DNA from: Candidatus Omnitrophota bacterium
GTDB lineage: Bacteria; Omnitrophota; Gorgyraeia; Gygaellales; Profunditerraquicolaceae
Reading direction: 5' to 3'
Length of the DNA stretch: 64,000 nt
Assembly: GCA_030693145.1 (NCBI GenBank)
Contig: JAUYBI010000068.1
Span: 16,374 to 80,373 of the forward strand
The notes under the pieces were generated by a model. That model ran no database searches and had not been told where the DNA came from. It worked only from the letters and a program-made list of their open reading frames with translations. Shown here in pieces: positions 31,948 to 41,960 of this stretch (the stretch's first letter is position 1; each line of letters begins with the position of its first letter). A program made the position numbers and the translations under genes.

Positions 31948-33084
31948 TTATTTTAGAAATACCTCTTCGGCTGCCCTAATACCTGCGCCTAAAATAAATT
32001 TATAGCCCATTTGCGTAAGTACTTTTTCCAGGCAGGACAACCCCATAATAATATCAGGTTCAGCAATAAACCCCATATGCGCAATACGAAAAACTTTACC
32101 CTTAAGCTCATCCTGGCCGCCGGCAATCGTCACGCCATAAGTATCGCGCATGGTTTTAACTAATTTTTCACCATCAATACCCGCAGGTACCTTGACGGCC
32201 GTCACCCCATCCGAAGCTGCCAACGGGGCAAATAACTCTAAACCCAGCGCCTGCATCGCGGACCGGGTGGCATCCGCCATGACCCGATGACGCTTAAATA
32301 TATTTTCCAGGCCATCCTGCCGCATCATTTTTAAAGCTTCATTTAAAGCGATAACCAAAGTAATTGAAGATGTGAACGGTGTGTCATTTTTATCTAAGGC
32401 CTTCTTGGCCTTTCTTAAATCCAAATAATAACGGCTAGACTTGGAAGCCTCCACTAATTTCCAGGCGCGGGCGCTAAGCGAAATAAAACCTAGCCCCGGA
32501 GGCAGCATCAGGCCTTTCTGCGATCCGGCAACCACCACATCCACCCCCCAGGCATCAGTTTTTAAATCTACCGCTCCCAGGCCGCTTATCGCATCTACCA
32601 CTAAAACCGCAGAGCTTTCTTTGACCACCGCGGCAATTGCCCGGATATCATTATCCACGCCGGTAGAAGTTTCGCATAAAGTCGTAAATACCGCTTTTAT
32701 CTGCGGGTTAGATTTTAATTTTTTACTTATTTCTTCCGGGCTTACGGCTTTTCCCCACTCCACATTAATGATCTCAGGGATAATCCCATAAGCCTTGGCA
32801 ATCTCCGTCCATCTTTCTCCGAATTTACCGCCTTGAACCACCAAAGCAGTATCACCGCCAGAAAGTAAATTGATTACCGCTGCCTCCATCGCTCCGGTTC
32901 CTGAAGAAGAGATAATAAAAACATCGTTGGCCGTCTGAAACGCCCATTTTAACCCCAGGCTTGCCTCTTTTAGAATTTCCTGAAACTGCGGCGTACGGTG
33001 GTGAATAATCGGTTTGGCCATCGCCAAACTTACTTGAGGTGGTAAAGGGGTTGGGCCCGGAGTTAACAAATATTCCTTTTTCAT
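31948..33084 (-). CDS. Class V aminotransferase (serine-pyruvate / phosphoserine aminotransferase-like), next to serA
   Basis: The PLP-dependent AGXT-family pattern. The start is probably MKKEYLLTPGPTP (33084). The track's upstream ATG at 33102 falls inside a family C repeat. Confidence 0.8.
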   Translation of the reverse strand: MKKEYLLTPGPTPLPPQVSLAMAKPIIHHRTPQFQEILKEASLGLKWAFQTANDVFIISSSGTGAMEAAVINLLSGGDTALVVQGGKFGERWTEIAKAYGIIPEIINVEWGKAVSPEEISKKLKSNPQIKAVFTTLCETSTGVDNDIRAIAAVVKESSAVLVVDAISGLGAVDLKTDAWGVDVVVAGSQKGLMLPPGLGFISLSARAWKLVEASKSSRYYLDLRKAKKALDKNDTPFTSSITLVIALNEALKMMRQDGLENIFKRHRVMADATRSAMQALGLELFAPLAASDGVTAVKVPAGIDGEKLVKTMRDTYGVTIAGGQDELKGKVFRIAHMGFIAEPDIIMGLSCLEKVLTQMGYKFILGAGIRAAEEVFLK

Positions 33085-33097
33085 CGTGATTTCTCCT

Positions 33098-33170
33098 GTC
33101 ATTCCCGCAAAAACGGGAATCTATTTTTTTTCTAGATCCCCACTTTCGTGGGGATGACGCTTCGCGTCAC
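33098..33170. repeat. Repeat family C copy: double hairpin gtcattcccgc-aaaaa-gcgggaatc ... gatccccac-tttc-gtggggatgac
   Basis: Same architecture as 51376-51424 and 51894-51952. It encodes the odd C-terminal tail ([12 protein letters not shown]) of the clpP ORF. Confidence 0.8.
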
Positions 33171-33810
33171 TTTTTTTAGCTTCCGGTAAAATTACCTCAT
33201 CAATCAAACCATAATCTTTTGATTCCTGAGCGGACATAAAATAATCCCGGTCCGTATCTTTTTGTATTTTGTCTAACGACTGGCCGGTATGATGCGACAA
33301 GATCTCATTAATCCGGTCGCGCAGCTTTAAAATTTCTTTAGCCTGAATAGAAATATCCGCGGCCGCTCCCTGTACCCCGCCCCATGGCTGATGAATCATC
33401 ACTCTGGAATTAGGAAGCACAAAACGCTTTCCCTTAGAGCCTGCCGATAATAAAAGTGCCCCCATGCTCGCTGCCTGGCCCACGCAATAGGTGGCGACAT
33501 CGCATTTTATAAATTGCATGGTATCGTATATCGCCAACCCCGCAGTAACCGAGCCGCCGGGTGAATTAATATAAACATTAATATCTTTATCCTTATCTTC
33601 CATTTGTAAAAAAAGCAGCTGGGCAATCACTAAATTTGCCACATAATCATCAATGGGAGTACCGATAAATAAAATCCGGTCTTTTAGCAGGCGTGAATAG
33701 ATATCGTAGGCACGTTCAAAACCCCGGGTAGTCTGCTCAATGACCATGGGAACCAATGTCTGCATTTTTGTCTGCATATTACCCTCCGTTATTAAGAAGT
33801 TGGCTGCCAA
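33121..33810 (-). CDS. clpP: ATP-dependent Clp protease proteolytic subunit; C-terminal tail read from a repeat element
   Basis: 229 aa. GxSM catalytic Ser context (GQAASMGA) and His/Asp. tig lies upstream. Confidence 0.9.
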   Translation of the reverse strand: MAANFLITEGNMQTKMQTLVPMVIEQTTRGFERAYDIYSRLLKDRILFIGTPIDDYVANLVIAQLLFLQMEDKDKDINVYINSPGGSVTAGLAIYDTMQFIKCDVATYCVGQAASMGALLLSAGSKGKRFVLPNSRVMIHQPWGGVQGAAADISIQAKEILKLRDRINEILSHHTGQSLDKIQKDTDRDYFMSAQESKDYGLIDEVILPEAKKSDAKRHPHESGDLEKK

Positions 33811-34670
33811 TTAGCTTCTCTGAGTAAAAACTCCATTACTTTACGCGGCATGTGATCATCAATAACAATATTTTCTTTTTTGGCAATCTGAGATAAAATT
33901 AGATAGACCTTAACCTGTTTTTTGGCTTCCGGCTGAATTCCTTCTAAAAGCAATTTCTCCTGCTCATCAATTTTATCCCGCGGCAGGCCTTTCATCGCTA
34001 AGTCGATTTTAGCCTGCCTAAGCATGTCCTGAACCTGGCGCTCCACCAACCCGGCCGGCAGCTTAAACTCCAAACCACGAGTTATATTTTCAATTAACTC
34101 ATTTTCAATCCGCTGGCGCTCTTGATTCTCTTTGGTCATAAAGATCTGTCTTTCTACCGCCTTCTCTAGCTCGCTAAAATTAGGATACCCTAGAGAGCGG
34201 CTGAATTTATCATCCAGGCTTTCGGCCTTACGTGATTCTTTAACCGAATCAATCTGCCTGGCGATTTCATCGCTGGAAACTGAAACTAATTTGTAATTTA
34301 TTAACTGATGCTTATAGTTCTTAACCGCAATTTCAGGAGTAACTTCGACGATAGCTTTAAAAGAAAGGCTGCTGCGATCAAGCTTGACATCGGTAATCTG
34401 CGGTAGCTCGATAACATCAAGTTTTTCCGCGGCAATCGCCTGGTTATAAACATCCGGAACCAATTCCTTTAAAACCTGCTCATGCACACCGGATGCGTAA
34501 TGTTTTTCTAAAATATCCCTGGGCGCTTTGCCCGGACGAAAACCCGGAACCTTGGCCTCTTTGGCAACTTGAGCAAAAACCTCCTCAAATTTATTTTTAA
34601 CCAACTCTCCGCTTATGGCAACATTAATTTCGCACTTGGTGCTATCCAGTTTCTTAACTTCGGTTTTCAT
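33792..34670 (-). CDS. tig: Trigger factor, short form lacking the FKBP/PPIase domain
   Basis: 292 aa. The ribosome-binding N-domain (GFRPGKAP) joins directly to the C-terminal arm domain. Confidence 0.7.
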   Translation of the reverse strand: MKTEVKKLDSTKCEINVAISGELVKNKFEEVFAQVAKEAKVPGFRPGKAPRDILEKHYASGVHEQVLKELVPDVYNQAIAAEKLDVIELPQITDVKLDRSSLSFKAIVEVTPEIAVKNYKHQLINYKLVSVSSDEIARQIDSVKESRKAESLDDKFSRSLGYPNFSELEKAVERQIFMTKENQERQRIENELIENITRGLEFKLPAGLVERQVQDMLRQAKIDLAMKGLPRDKIDEQEKLLLEGIQPEAKKQVKVYLILSQIAKKENIVIDDHMPRKVMEFLLREANWQPTS

Positions 34671-34715
34671 TTGTTCCCTTTCTTAAGATGCAATTGTTAT
34701 GAATTTACTAATTTT

Positions 34716-34806
34716 GTCATTCTGAGGCCACATTCGCTTCGCTCAGTGCGGGCTCCGGCCGAAGAATCTCGCCGGCAATGTGATCCTTCGCTCCGCTCAG
34801 GATGAC
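34716..34806. repeat. Repeat family C variant (gtcattctgagg ... gccgaagaatctc ... gatccttcgctccgctcaggatgac)
   Basis: Matches 41663-41729. The outer gtcat/atgac arms are shared with the other family C copies. Confidence 0.75.
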
Positions 34807-34831
34807 AAAAAAGGGTATTTCGCAATAAACC

Positions 34832-35554
34832 CTACATGCGGAATTTCTCACCCAGATAAACCTGGCGCGCCTGCGGGTGATTAATCAGTTCCTGCGCCGA
34901 TCCTGAAATAAGAATTACCCCGTCTGAAATTAAATACGCCCGGTCAGTTATAGCCAAAGTCTCCCTAACATTGTGATCGGTTAATAAAATACCCAGGCCT
35001 TTGGCTTTTAATTCTTTAATAATCTCCTGAGCTTCATTAACCACGATCGGATCAATTCCGCTAAATGGCTCATCCAGAAGTATAAAAGAAGGATTGGTTA
35101 CCAGCGCCCGGGTAATCTCCAAACGCCTTCTCTCCCCGCCGCTTAAAGTATAGGCTTTGTTTTTGGCTAAATGCGCGATATTTAACTCTTCCAATAAAAA
35201 TGCCAGCCTGCGTTTTCTTTCTGTCCGGCTTAAAGATAAAGTTTCTAAAATCGCGTTTATATTTTCTTGGACCGTCAGTTTACGGAATATCGAGGCTTCT
35301 TGCGACAAGTACCCGATACCGAAACGCGCGCGCTCATGAATAGCCATATTGGTAATTTCATGGTTATCAAAAACAATCGTCCCCTTATTCGGAGCAACGA
35401 TACCTACGATCATATAAAAAGTGGTAGTTTTACCGGCGCCATTAGGCCCCAAGAGCCCCACAATCTCTCCGCGCTTAACCGTAATATCCACGCCTCTGAC
35501 TACCTGGCGGCCGTCATAGGATTTAGCTAAGCCTTTAGTTTCCAGAAGCCGCAT
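34832..35554 (-). CDS. lptB: LPS export ABC transporter ATP-binding protein
   Basis: 240 aa. Walker [13 protein letters not shown] signature LSGGE and LptB-like length. Confidence 0.8.
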   Translation of the reverse strand: MRLLETKGLAKSYDGRQVVRGVDITVKRGEIVGLLGPNGAGKTTTFYMIVGIVAPNKGTIVFDNHEITNMAIHERARFGIGYLSQEASIFRKLTVQENINAILETLSLSRTERKRRLAFLLEELNIAHLAKNKAYTLSGGERRRLEITRALVTNPSFILLDEPFSGIDPIVVNEAQEIIKELKAKGLGILLTDHNVRETLAITDRAYLISDGVILISGSAQELINHPQARQVYLGEKFRM

Positions 35555-36451
35555 TTACTGAGTCTCCGTTTGGTAAATGACTATTTGGGGCCTACCGGTT
35601 AAAGTTATCTTTTTATCTATGGCGGTATAAATTGCTTCCTGGCTATAAGAAATATTTTCACCGCGCAATATCCGCACATTTCCTAAAGCCACAATCTTAT
35701 GCACGGAACTGGAGATCGCGGCCGGCCCTTGAGCCGCTGCCTGATCCTGTTGTTTCGGGGTAAAATAAACCTGCATTTTATCGCTGTAAATTGTTAAATC
35801 CGGTTTTTCTACTTTAACATTATTATTAAATATGGCAATATTTTTTTCATAATCCACATCCAGCGGCCCATCGCAGGTAATCACAATCTTTTCCTTTTTA
35901 TTAACCTGCCCATCCTGCGCCTGAATATCCAACCGCACATTTTTGTCTAACACAATCTGCTTTAATGCGGTTTGCCCCTGCGCCCCCTGCCCCGAAAGGT
36001 TCATATCCTGCCGGCTAAAATTAACTTTATCCAGAGTACTCACAATCTGCTGATTGCGGTCCCAATCCAGAGTATCCGTAGTAAGTTTTGAGCCGCTGGA
36101 GGTAGTAATTACGACATTATCCTGCAAATGCACCAGGCCGCTTTTCTTATTAAAATCACCCTTATCCGCGGTGAGATTAATCGTATCATTCTGGCCATAA
36201 TTATTACCCACTACTTTTTTCAGCTTAACCACTTCACTAAATATATCCGCGGACTTGCCGGCAAGATCCCAGGACTTTTTTCCTTTATCCCCGAATCCGG
36301 AAAGAGAAAAATCTCCGATCTGTTGATCGGATTCCCGGGCTTTGGCCTTGGCTGCCGGGATAGGTTTTATTTCTTTAACTTCAACTGCCCCAAGATGAGC
36401 GTAGGTAAGAAATAAAAACGCGAAAATTAAAACTGTTTTTTTATGCTCCAT
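35555..36451 (-). CDS. LptA/LptC-family (OstA-like) periplasmic LPS transport protein
   Basis: 298 aa with a signal peptide. Beta-jellyroll repeat pattern. Sits between kdsC and lptB as in kdsDC-lptCAB loci. Confidence 0.5.
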   Translation of the reverse strand: MEHKKTVLIFAFLFLTYAHLGAVEVKEIKPIPAAKAKARESDQQIGDFSLSGFGDKGKKSWDLAGKSADIFSEVVKLKKVVGNNYGQNDTINLTADKGDFNKKSGLVHLQDNVVITTSSGSKLTTDTLDWDRNQQIVSTLDKVNFSRQDMNLSGQGAQGQTALKQIVLDKNVRLDIQAQDGQVNKKEKIVITCDGPLDVDYEKNIAIFNNNVKVEKPDLTIYSDKMQVYFTPKQQDQAAAQGPAAISSSVHKIVALGNVRILRGENISYSQEAIYTAIDKKITLTGRPQIVIYQTETQ

Positions 36452-36983
36452 AAAACTTTAAAACATCTTTCCACTTGTCTTGCGATTTAAGAATTAACTC
36501 GGCTACTTCCCGGACTGCTCCCCGGCCACCCCGGCAATTAGTTACATAAACGGCTGCCTCTTTTACTTCGCTGGAGGCATTGGCCGGGGCTATCGGCAGG
36601 CCGATTTCACGCATCAGCGATAAATCCACCAGATCGTCACCCACAAAACAAACCTCATCTTTTGCCACGCGGTATTTCTTAAGAATTTTATCTAAAACCG
36701 CGGTCTTAGGAAAAATATCAGCAAAAACTTCGGCCACCCGCATATCTTTTGAACGCGGCGAGATAGTCTTAGAATTCTTGGCAGTAATGATGACTGTATT
36801 GATACCGCATTTATGTAAACAATAGACACCTAAACCATCATGCACATCAAAAAATTTAGAATCCCGGCCGCTGGAATCATAAATTATTCTACCGTCGGTT
36901 AAAACCCCATCTACATCCAAAAGCAGCAGTTTGACTTTTCTAAAACGTGCTTTTAATTCTTCTTTAATCAGTTCCCCTGACAT
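36441..36983 (-). CDS. kdsC: KDO 8-phosphate phosphatase
   Basis: 180 aa HAD protein. LLLLDVDGVLTDG motif. Confidence 0.8.
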   Translation of the reverse strand: MSGELIKEELKARFRKVKLLLLDVDGVLTDGRIIYDSSGRDSKFFDVHDGLGVYCLHKCGINTVIITAKNSKTISPRSKDMRVAEVFADIFPKTAVLDKILKKYRVAKDEVCFVGDDLVDLSLMREIGLPIAPANASSEVKEAAVYVTNCRGGRGAVREVAELILKSQDKWKDVLKFYGA

Positions 36984-36987
36984 ATTT

Positions 36988-37956
36988 TTAGATTAATCCT
37001 GCTTTCAACAGGTCCTGCACATCCAATAAGCCCACCGGGCGCATAAATTTATCTACCACCGGGACTTCGTCGATTTTTTTGGCCTGCAATATCCGCATGG
37101 CCTCAGCCGCCAGCATATCTTTATTGACGACAGTAGGATTCTTAGTCATTACCTCTTTAATCGGCCGGCCCGGCAAATTATTATCAGAAGCCAAATGCCG
37201 GCGCAGGTCTCCATCGGTAAAAATTCCTTTTAGTTTTCCGCCTTTATCCACCACGATAGCTGAGCCGGCCCGAGCCCGGGTAATCGCCAATAAAACTTCC
37301 GCTACCAATTTATCTTCCCGGACAATCGCATTGGCTTGCCCCTGGCGCATAATATCCTGGACCGTTAAAAGCAGGCGCCTGCCTAAAGCCCCCCCGGGAT
37401 GAAAAAAAGCAAAATCCTTTTCTTTAAAACCTTTGCGTTCCAATAAACATATAGCCAGGGCATCCGCCATCGCCAAAGCAGCCGTGGTCGAAGCGGTGGG
37501 AGCCAGGCCCAATGGACAGGCTTCTTTTTTAACGGAAACATCTAAAACTACATCGCTGTATTTAGCCAACACGGATTTAGAATTTCCGGTAAGCGAAATA
37601 ATCGGCACACCTATTTTTTTGAGTATCGGCAAAAGCTGCTTCATTTCTTCAGTTGAGCCGCTATTAGAAAGAATGATTACGACATCATCAGGCGTGACCT
37701 TGCCTAAATCACCGTGAATTGCTTCCGCGGTATGCAGAAATAAACTGGGGGTTCCCGTAGAAGCCAAAGTGGCGGAAAATTTTTGCGCAATAATCCCGGT
37801 TTTACCCATTCCACTCACTACCACCCTGCCTTTGCTCTTAAGGATCAGCTCTATTGCCTGAATAAAGCCTTTGCCTAAGCGCGCCTTTAACCGCCGGATT
37901 GCCTGCGCTTCAATTTCCAAAACTTCTTTTGCCCGTTTAATTATGTTGATATTCAT
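36988..37956 (-). CDS. kdsD: Arabinose 5-phosphate isomerase (SIS + CBS domains)
   Basis: 322 aa. GMGKTGII SIS motif and a C-terminal CBS pair. Confidence 0.85.
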   Translation of the reverse strand: MNINIIKRAKEVLEIEAQAIRRLKARLGKGFIQAIELILKSKGRVVVSGMGKTGIIAQKFSATLASTGTPSLFLHTAEAIHGDLGKVTPDDVVIILSNSGSTEEMKQLLPILKKIGVPIISLTGNSKSVLAKYSDVVLDVSVKKEACPLGLAPTASTTAALAMADALAICLLERKGFKEKDFAFFHPGGALGRRLLLTVQDIMRQGQANAIVREDKLVAEVLLAITRARAGSAIVVDKGGKLKGIFTDGDLRRHLASDNNLPGRPIKEVMTKNPTVVNKDMLAAEAMRILQAKKIDEVPVVDKFMRPVGLLDVQDLLKAGLI

Positions 37957-38768
37957 AGTGCCTGCCTAATTTTTTTTATTTGTTTTAAGAGATCTTCCAG
38001 TTCCTTATAATTAATCATATTCGACCCGTCGCAAGGCGCGGTTTTAGGATCGGGATGCACCTCCAAAAACAGGCCATCACAGCCAAAAGCAACCGCTGCC
38101 CGGGATAACCCGGCGACAAACTCCGTCTGGCCTCCTGAACAAGCGCCTAAACCTCCGGGAAGCTGCACACTATGCGTAGCATCATAAATTACCGGATACC
38201 CGAAATTACGCATAATTTTTAAACTACGCAAATCCGTAACTAAATTATTGTACCCAAAACTTACCCCTCTTTCCGTGATCAGGATCTGTTTATTACCCAG
38301 GCTCTCGACCTTCTTAATAATCGGCAGGATATCCCAGGGCGCAAGAAACTGGCCTTTTTTAATATTAACCACCTTACCGGTCCTGGCGGCGGCTAAAACA
38401 ATATCGGTCTGCCGGCATAAAAATGCCGGTATCTGAATAATATCCAACACTTCGGCTGAGGCCGGAATATCTTTTACACAATGCACATCACTTAAAATCG
38501 GCACCTTGAGCCTGGCTTTTACTTTCTTTAAAATCGCCAGCCCTTTCTTTAATCCCGGCCCGCGGTAAGAACCTACGGAAAGCCGGTTAGCTTTGTCAAA
38601 ACTAGATTTAAATATAAACGGTATATCTAAACTGGCAGCAATATTTTTAATCTTCCCCGCCGCTTCCAAGCAAGAACTTTCGGATTCGATAGCACATGGC
38701 CCGGCAATCAGAACCAGCGGATACCGCTCCCCAAATTTTATATTTCCCACATTAACCGGATGCATCAA
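37953..38768 (-). CDS. kdsA: 2-dehydro-3-deoxyphosphooctonate aldolase (KDO-8-P synthase)
   Basis: 271 aa. GPCAIES and KSSFDKANR motifs. Confidence 0.9.
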   Translation of the reverse strand: MMHPVNVGNIKFGERYPLVLIAGPCAIESESSCLEAAGKIKNIAASLDIPFIFKSSFDKANRLSVGSYRGPGLKKGLAILKKVKARLKVPILSDVHCVKDIPASAEVLDIIQIPAFLCRQTDIVLAAARTGKVVNIKKGQFLAPWDILPIIKKVESLGNKQILITERGVSFGYNNLVTDLRSLKIMRNFGYPVIYDATHSVQLPGGLGACSGGQTEFVAGLSRAAVAFGCDGLFLEVHPDPKTAPCDGSNMINYKELEDLLKQIKKIRQAL

Positions 38769-39505
38769 TTTATCCTCTTTTGCAATTTTTCCTTCACTTT
38801 TTCTAAATCCTTAGGAGTATCCACGCCAATGGTATCAAATGGCGTCTGAATTACTTTAATTTTGTAACCTTCAGCCAAAACGCGCAACTGTTCTAATTTC
38901 TCCGTTTTTTCAAGATTAGAAACGGGAAGATTTTTATAAGTAAAAAGAAAATCCTTGGTATAACCATAAAGGCCGATATGCTTATAATAAGTTACCTGGT
39001 CAATCTCGGCATTGGGCGCTAAATACGGGATAGGCGCGCGCGAAAAATACAAAGCAAAATTATTTTTATCCACTACGACTTTTACCACATTTGGATCAAG
39101 CAATTCTAAAACATCTTCGATCTTTTTCATCAGCGTAGCCATATTTAGCATTTTGTCTTCCAATAATGCCCGGGCAACGCTATCAATCATCATCGGATGA
39201 ACCAACGGTTCATCCGCCTGAATATTAATAATGACTTTTACATCCAGGGGGTTAATTACTTCACTAATCCGGTCGGTGCCGCAGGTGTGCTCATTCGAGG
39301 TCATTACGGCTTTAGCCCCAAATTCAGTAGCTACTTTCAGGACAATTTCATGATCACAAGCAATGATTAGATCATCCAACATGCGGGATTGTTTGGCCCG
39401 CTCCCAAACATGCTGCAACATCGGCTTGCCCATAATATCCGCCAGCACCTTAGCCTGGAACCTGGTAGACGAGTACCTGGCAGGGATTACCCCGATAACA
39501 TCCAT
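38765..39505 (-). CDS. kdsB: 3-deoxy-manno-octulosonate cytidylyltransferase
   Basis: 246 aa. IPARYSSTRF and GTDR motifs. Confidence 0.9.
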   Translation of the reverse strand: MDVIGVIPARYSSTRFQAKVLADIMGKPMLQHVWERAKQSRMLDDLIIACDHEIVLKVATEFGAKAVMTSNEHTCGTDRISEVINPLDVKVIINIQADEPLVHPMMIDSVARALLEDKMLNMATLMKKIEDVLELLDPNVVKVVVDKNNFALYFSRAPIPYLAPNAEIDQVTYYKHIGLYGYTKDFLFTYKNLPVSNLEKTEKLEQLRVLAEGYKIKVIQTPFDTIGVDTPKDLEKVKEKLQKRIN

Positions 39506-40519
39506 TTAGTTTATCCTCTCTAAAAGTTCTTTTGTACTCGTAACCGCCGTCCCCAATTTACCCACTACGATTCCGGCGGCAAAATTAGCGATATGCGCTG
39601 CCTCTAACTTAGAGGCACCGGCACAAAGAGCCAAAGTAAAAGTACTGATTACCGTATCTCCTGCCCCGGATACATCAAAAACCTCCTGGGCTACCGTGGG
39701 GATATGCGTCAAGCGGCCATTCTTCTCCAACAACTTCATCCCCTGCTCACCTAAGGTAATCAGGATAGAATCAAGATTAAGGTATTCTAAAATTTCCCGG
39801 CCAGCCAAATCCACATCTTTATCCGTAAATAATTTATCCGTATTTATTTTAAAACGATTGGTGGTGTCTTGGATCTTAAGATTCCTGATCGCATTTTCCA
39901 GCTCTTTGCGGTTAGGGGTAATGGCATTCACCGACCGATAATACTGAAAATTTTCCTCTTTAGGGTCCACCGTAATAATTTTCTTACGCGCTTTGGCCAG
40001 CCGGATGAGCATCTCCAGCAGAGCGATATTAACCACTCCTTTGCCATAATCCTCGATGATCACCGCATCAAAGGAATTAATATTCTTTTGGATAAATTTC
40101 AAAATTTTCGCGTTTAATTCTTTAGGCAGGTCATGCGTATGCTCCCAATCAACCCGAACTACCTGCTGATGGCCGGCCAGGATGCGCGTCTTGACCGTAG
40201 TATGCCGGTTGGCCTCCACAAAGATACCTTTAGTATTAATCTTTCTTTTCTTTAATTCACTAAGCAGAATTTTAGAATTGGCGTCACTTCCGGTAACTCC
40301 CAACAAGGTAACTTTACCGCCGAGAGAGCAAATATTGTTGGCCACGTTCGCTGTGCCTCCGGGAACGAATGTCCGCTTCTTTGCCCAAAGCACGGGAACC
40401 GGAGCTTCCGGAGAAATCCTTTCCACGCTTCCCCAGATATATTCATCCAAGATCAAATCCCCCACCACCAGGATATTCACTTGATTGAATTTACGGATTA
40501 TATTTTTTAAATTTCTCAT
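39506..40519 (-). CDS. hldA: D-glycero-beta-D-manno-heptose-7-phosphate kinase (RfaE domain I / HldA-like, PfkB family)
   Basis: 337 aa. ILVVGDLILDEY N-terminus and a C-terminal PfkB GAGD motif. Confidence 0.75.
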   Translation of the reverse strand: MRNLKNIIRKFNQVNILVVGDLILDEYIWGSVERISPEAPVPVLWAKKRTFVPGGTANVANNICSLGGKVTLLGVTGSDANSKILLSELKKRKINTKGIFVEANRHTTVKTRILAGHQQVVRVDWEHTHDLPKELNAKILKFIQKNINSFDAVIIEDYGKGVVNIALLEMLIRLAKARKKIITVDPKEENFQYYRSVNAITPNRKELENAIRNLKIQDTTNRFKINTDKLFTDKDVDLAGREILEYLNLDSILITLGEQGMKLLEKNGRLTHIPTVAQEVFDVSGAGDTVISTFTLALCAGASKLEAAHIANFAAGIVVGKLGTAVTSTKELLERIN

Positions 40520-41463
40520 ATCTTCTCAATTACGCTTTGCGCTAAAAGCGGAAGCATGATTTCATGGTGTCCGATAATATAATACCCCTTACCCCCGGAA
40601 GCAGTGGGCCGGCTGACCACGTTCTGTGCCGCTCGATACTGATAAAGCATATCAAAATTCGCGGAAGTAAAATCTTTAACTTTATTTCCTAAATTCCGGG
40701 CAAGGTTGAGGGCCTTTAGGAATACCTCCGGCAACATCACTGCTGAACCAAAATTTAAAACCACTCCCCCCTGATTTAAGGAAGGGATGTTTTCTGCCAA
40801 AATATGGAAATCCCGCAATGAACCCACGGCCGTAGAAGCAGCGTCAAATGACTGATGCTGATGAATAATATCCGTGCCAATTCCCACAAAAACACAAACC
40901 GGCACCTTATGTTTATACGCATGATAAAGTAAACTTAAATCTTTATTCGCTAAAGCGGTTGTGGCTATCGCATTCGCCACGGCATAACCTAAACCAAAAC
41001 CTTTCTTTACCCCTTCCTTGGCCGCGCAGTTTAAGAAATCCGCGGTCTCCTTACCCATGCCGAATTTTCCGGTTTTGAGGTTTGCGGCAACATCTTCGGA
41101 GGTTTTCCCCTGAAAAGCAATTTCAAAATCATGAATAATACCCGCGCCGTTTAGGCAAATACAGGAAATTACTTTTTTCTCAAGCAACTCAATTAAAACC
41201 GGATTCAGCCCGCACTTAATCACGTGCGCCCCGGCCATCAAGATTACTCCTTTATTTTTCTTGCGCGCGGAAACAATATCCGCAGAAACCGCACGCAAAT
41301 CTTTGGCTTTTAGAATATTAGGTAAAGAATCCAAAAAGCTGACAAAGCTTTTAGCTTTGGCGGGTTTGGAGGCAAAATCCCCCTTATTCACCTTGCTGGC
41401 GCGCTCTTTAATCGAATATCTTTTTACTTTCTTTAAGTTAATCATAGGAATTGATTTTAACAC
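40516..41463 (-). CDS. Deoxyhypusine synthase-like family protein (tentative)
   Basis: 315 aa. ISCICLNGAGIIHDFE resembles the DHS VDVLVTTAGGVEED region. Low certainty. Confidence 0.3.
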   Translation of the reverse strand: MLKSIPMINLKKVKRYSIKERASKVNKGDFASKPAKAKSFVSFLDSLPNILKAKDLRAVSADIVSARKKNKGVILMAGAHVIKCGLNPVLIELLEKKVISCICLNGAGIIHDFEIAFQGKTSEDVAANLKTGKFGMGKETADFLNCAAKEGVKKGFGLGYAVANAIATTALANKDLSLLYHAYKHKVPVCVFVGIGTDIIHQHQSFDAASTAVGSLRDFHILAENIPSLNQGGVVLNFGSAVMLPEVFLKALNLARNLGNKVKDFTSANFDMLYQYRAAQNVVSRPTASGGKGYYIIGHHEIMLPLLAQSVIEKI

Positions 41464-41501
41464 AATTCAACCTGAAATCAAATAGAAATATTTGATGGAC
41501 A

Positions 41502-41600
41502 CTATAATAAACTCTGCTGACTTTTATTAACAATAGTGGGGTGGGTTTAAACCCACCCTACTATTGAAAGTCAACAAGGTTTATTACACTGTCATTTGAT
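41502..41600. repeat. Repeat family A, copy 2 (aactctgctgacttttattaa ... tagtggggtggg-tttaaa-cccaccctacta ... ttgaaagtcaacaaggtttattacactg)
   Basis: About 95-nt match to 53925-54030 in the same orientation. The stem has compensatory substitutions relative to copies 1 and 3. Confidence 0.85.
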
Positions 41601-41662
41601 GGGATTTTTCTTTTTAAGAGAACCTTCTGATCATGGGACTGTTGCGAAATTCAATTTGTACC

Positions 41663-41729
41663 GTCATTCTGAGGCCGAAGGCCGAAGAATCTCGACGCTG
41701 ATAAGATCCTTCGCTTCGCTCAGGATGAC
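41663..41729. repeat. Repeat family C variant copy
   Basis: gtcattctgaggccgaaggccgaagaatctcg ... gatccttcgcttcgctcaggatgac. The + strand track ORF at 41596..41784 is its spurious translation. Confidence 0.75.
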
Positions 41730-41960
41730 GGAGAATGGCATTTCGCAACAGGCTCATTATATAAGAATAGATGGCCTCAGATAAAAACTCCCTGTCTTTC
41801 GAACAGAAAGCTGGAGAAAAATCGTAATTTGTAAAATTAGAGAAAAATTGGCAGGTTTTATAAAATTTTAGTACAAATTGTAACTTTATCGTAGTGCTGG
41901 GCTCTAAGTTTATAAGTTTTATGCGCCTATTTGAACGGGCTAAACAAAAACGGTCTAAGA

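Noticed and set aside
41596-41784. 62-aa + strand ORF
   Set aside because: It is encoded entirely by repeat family C sequence (…RHSEAEGRRISTLIRSFASLRMTE…). The same peptide-like strings recur wherever the repeat occurs.
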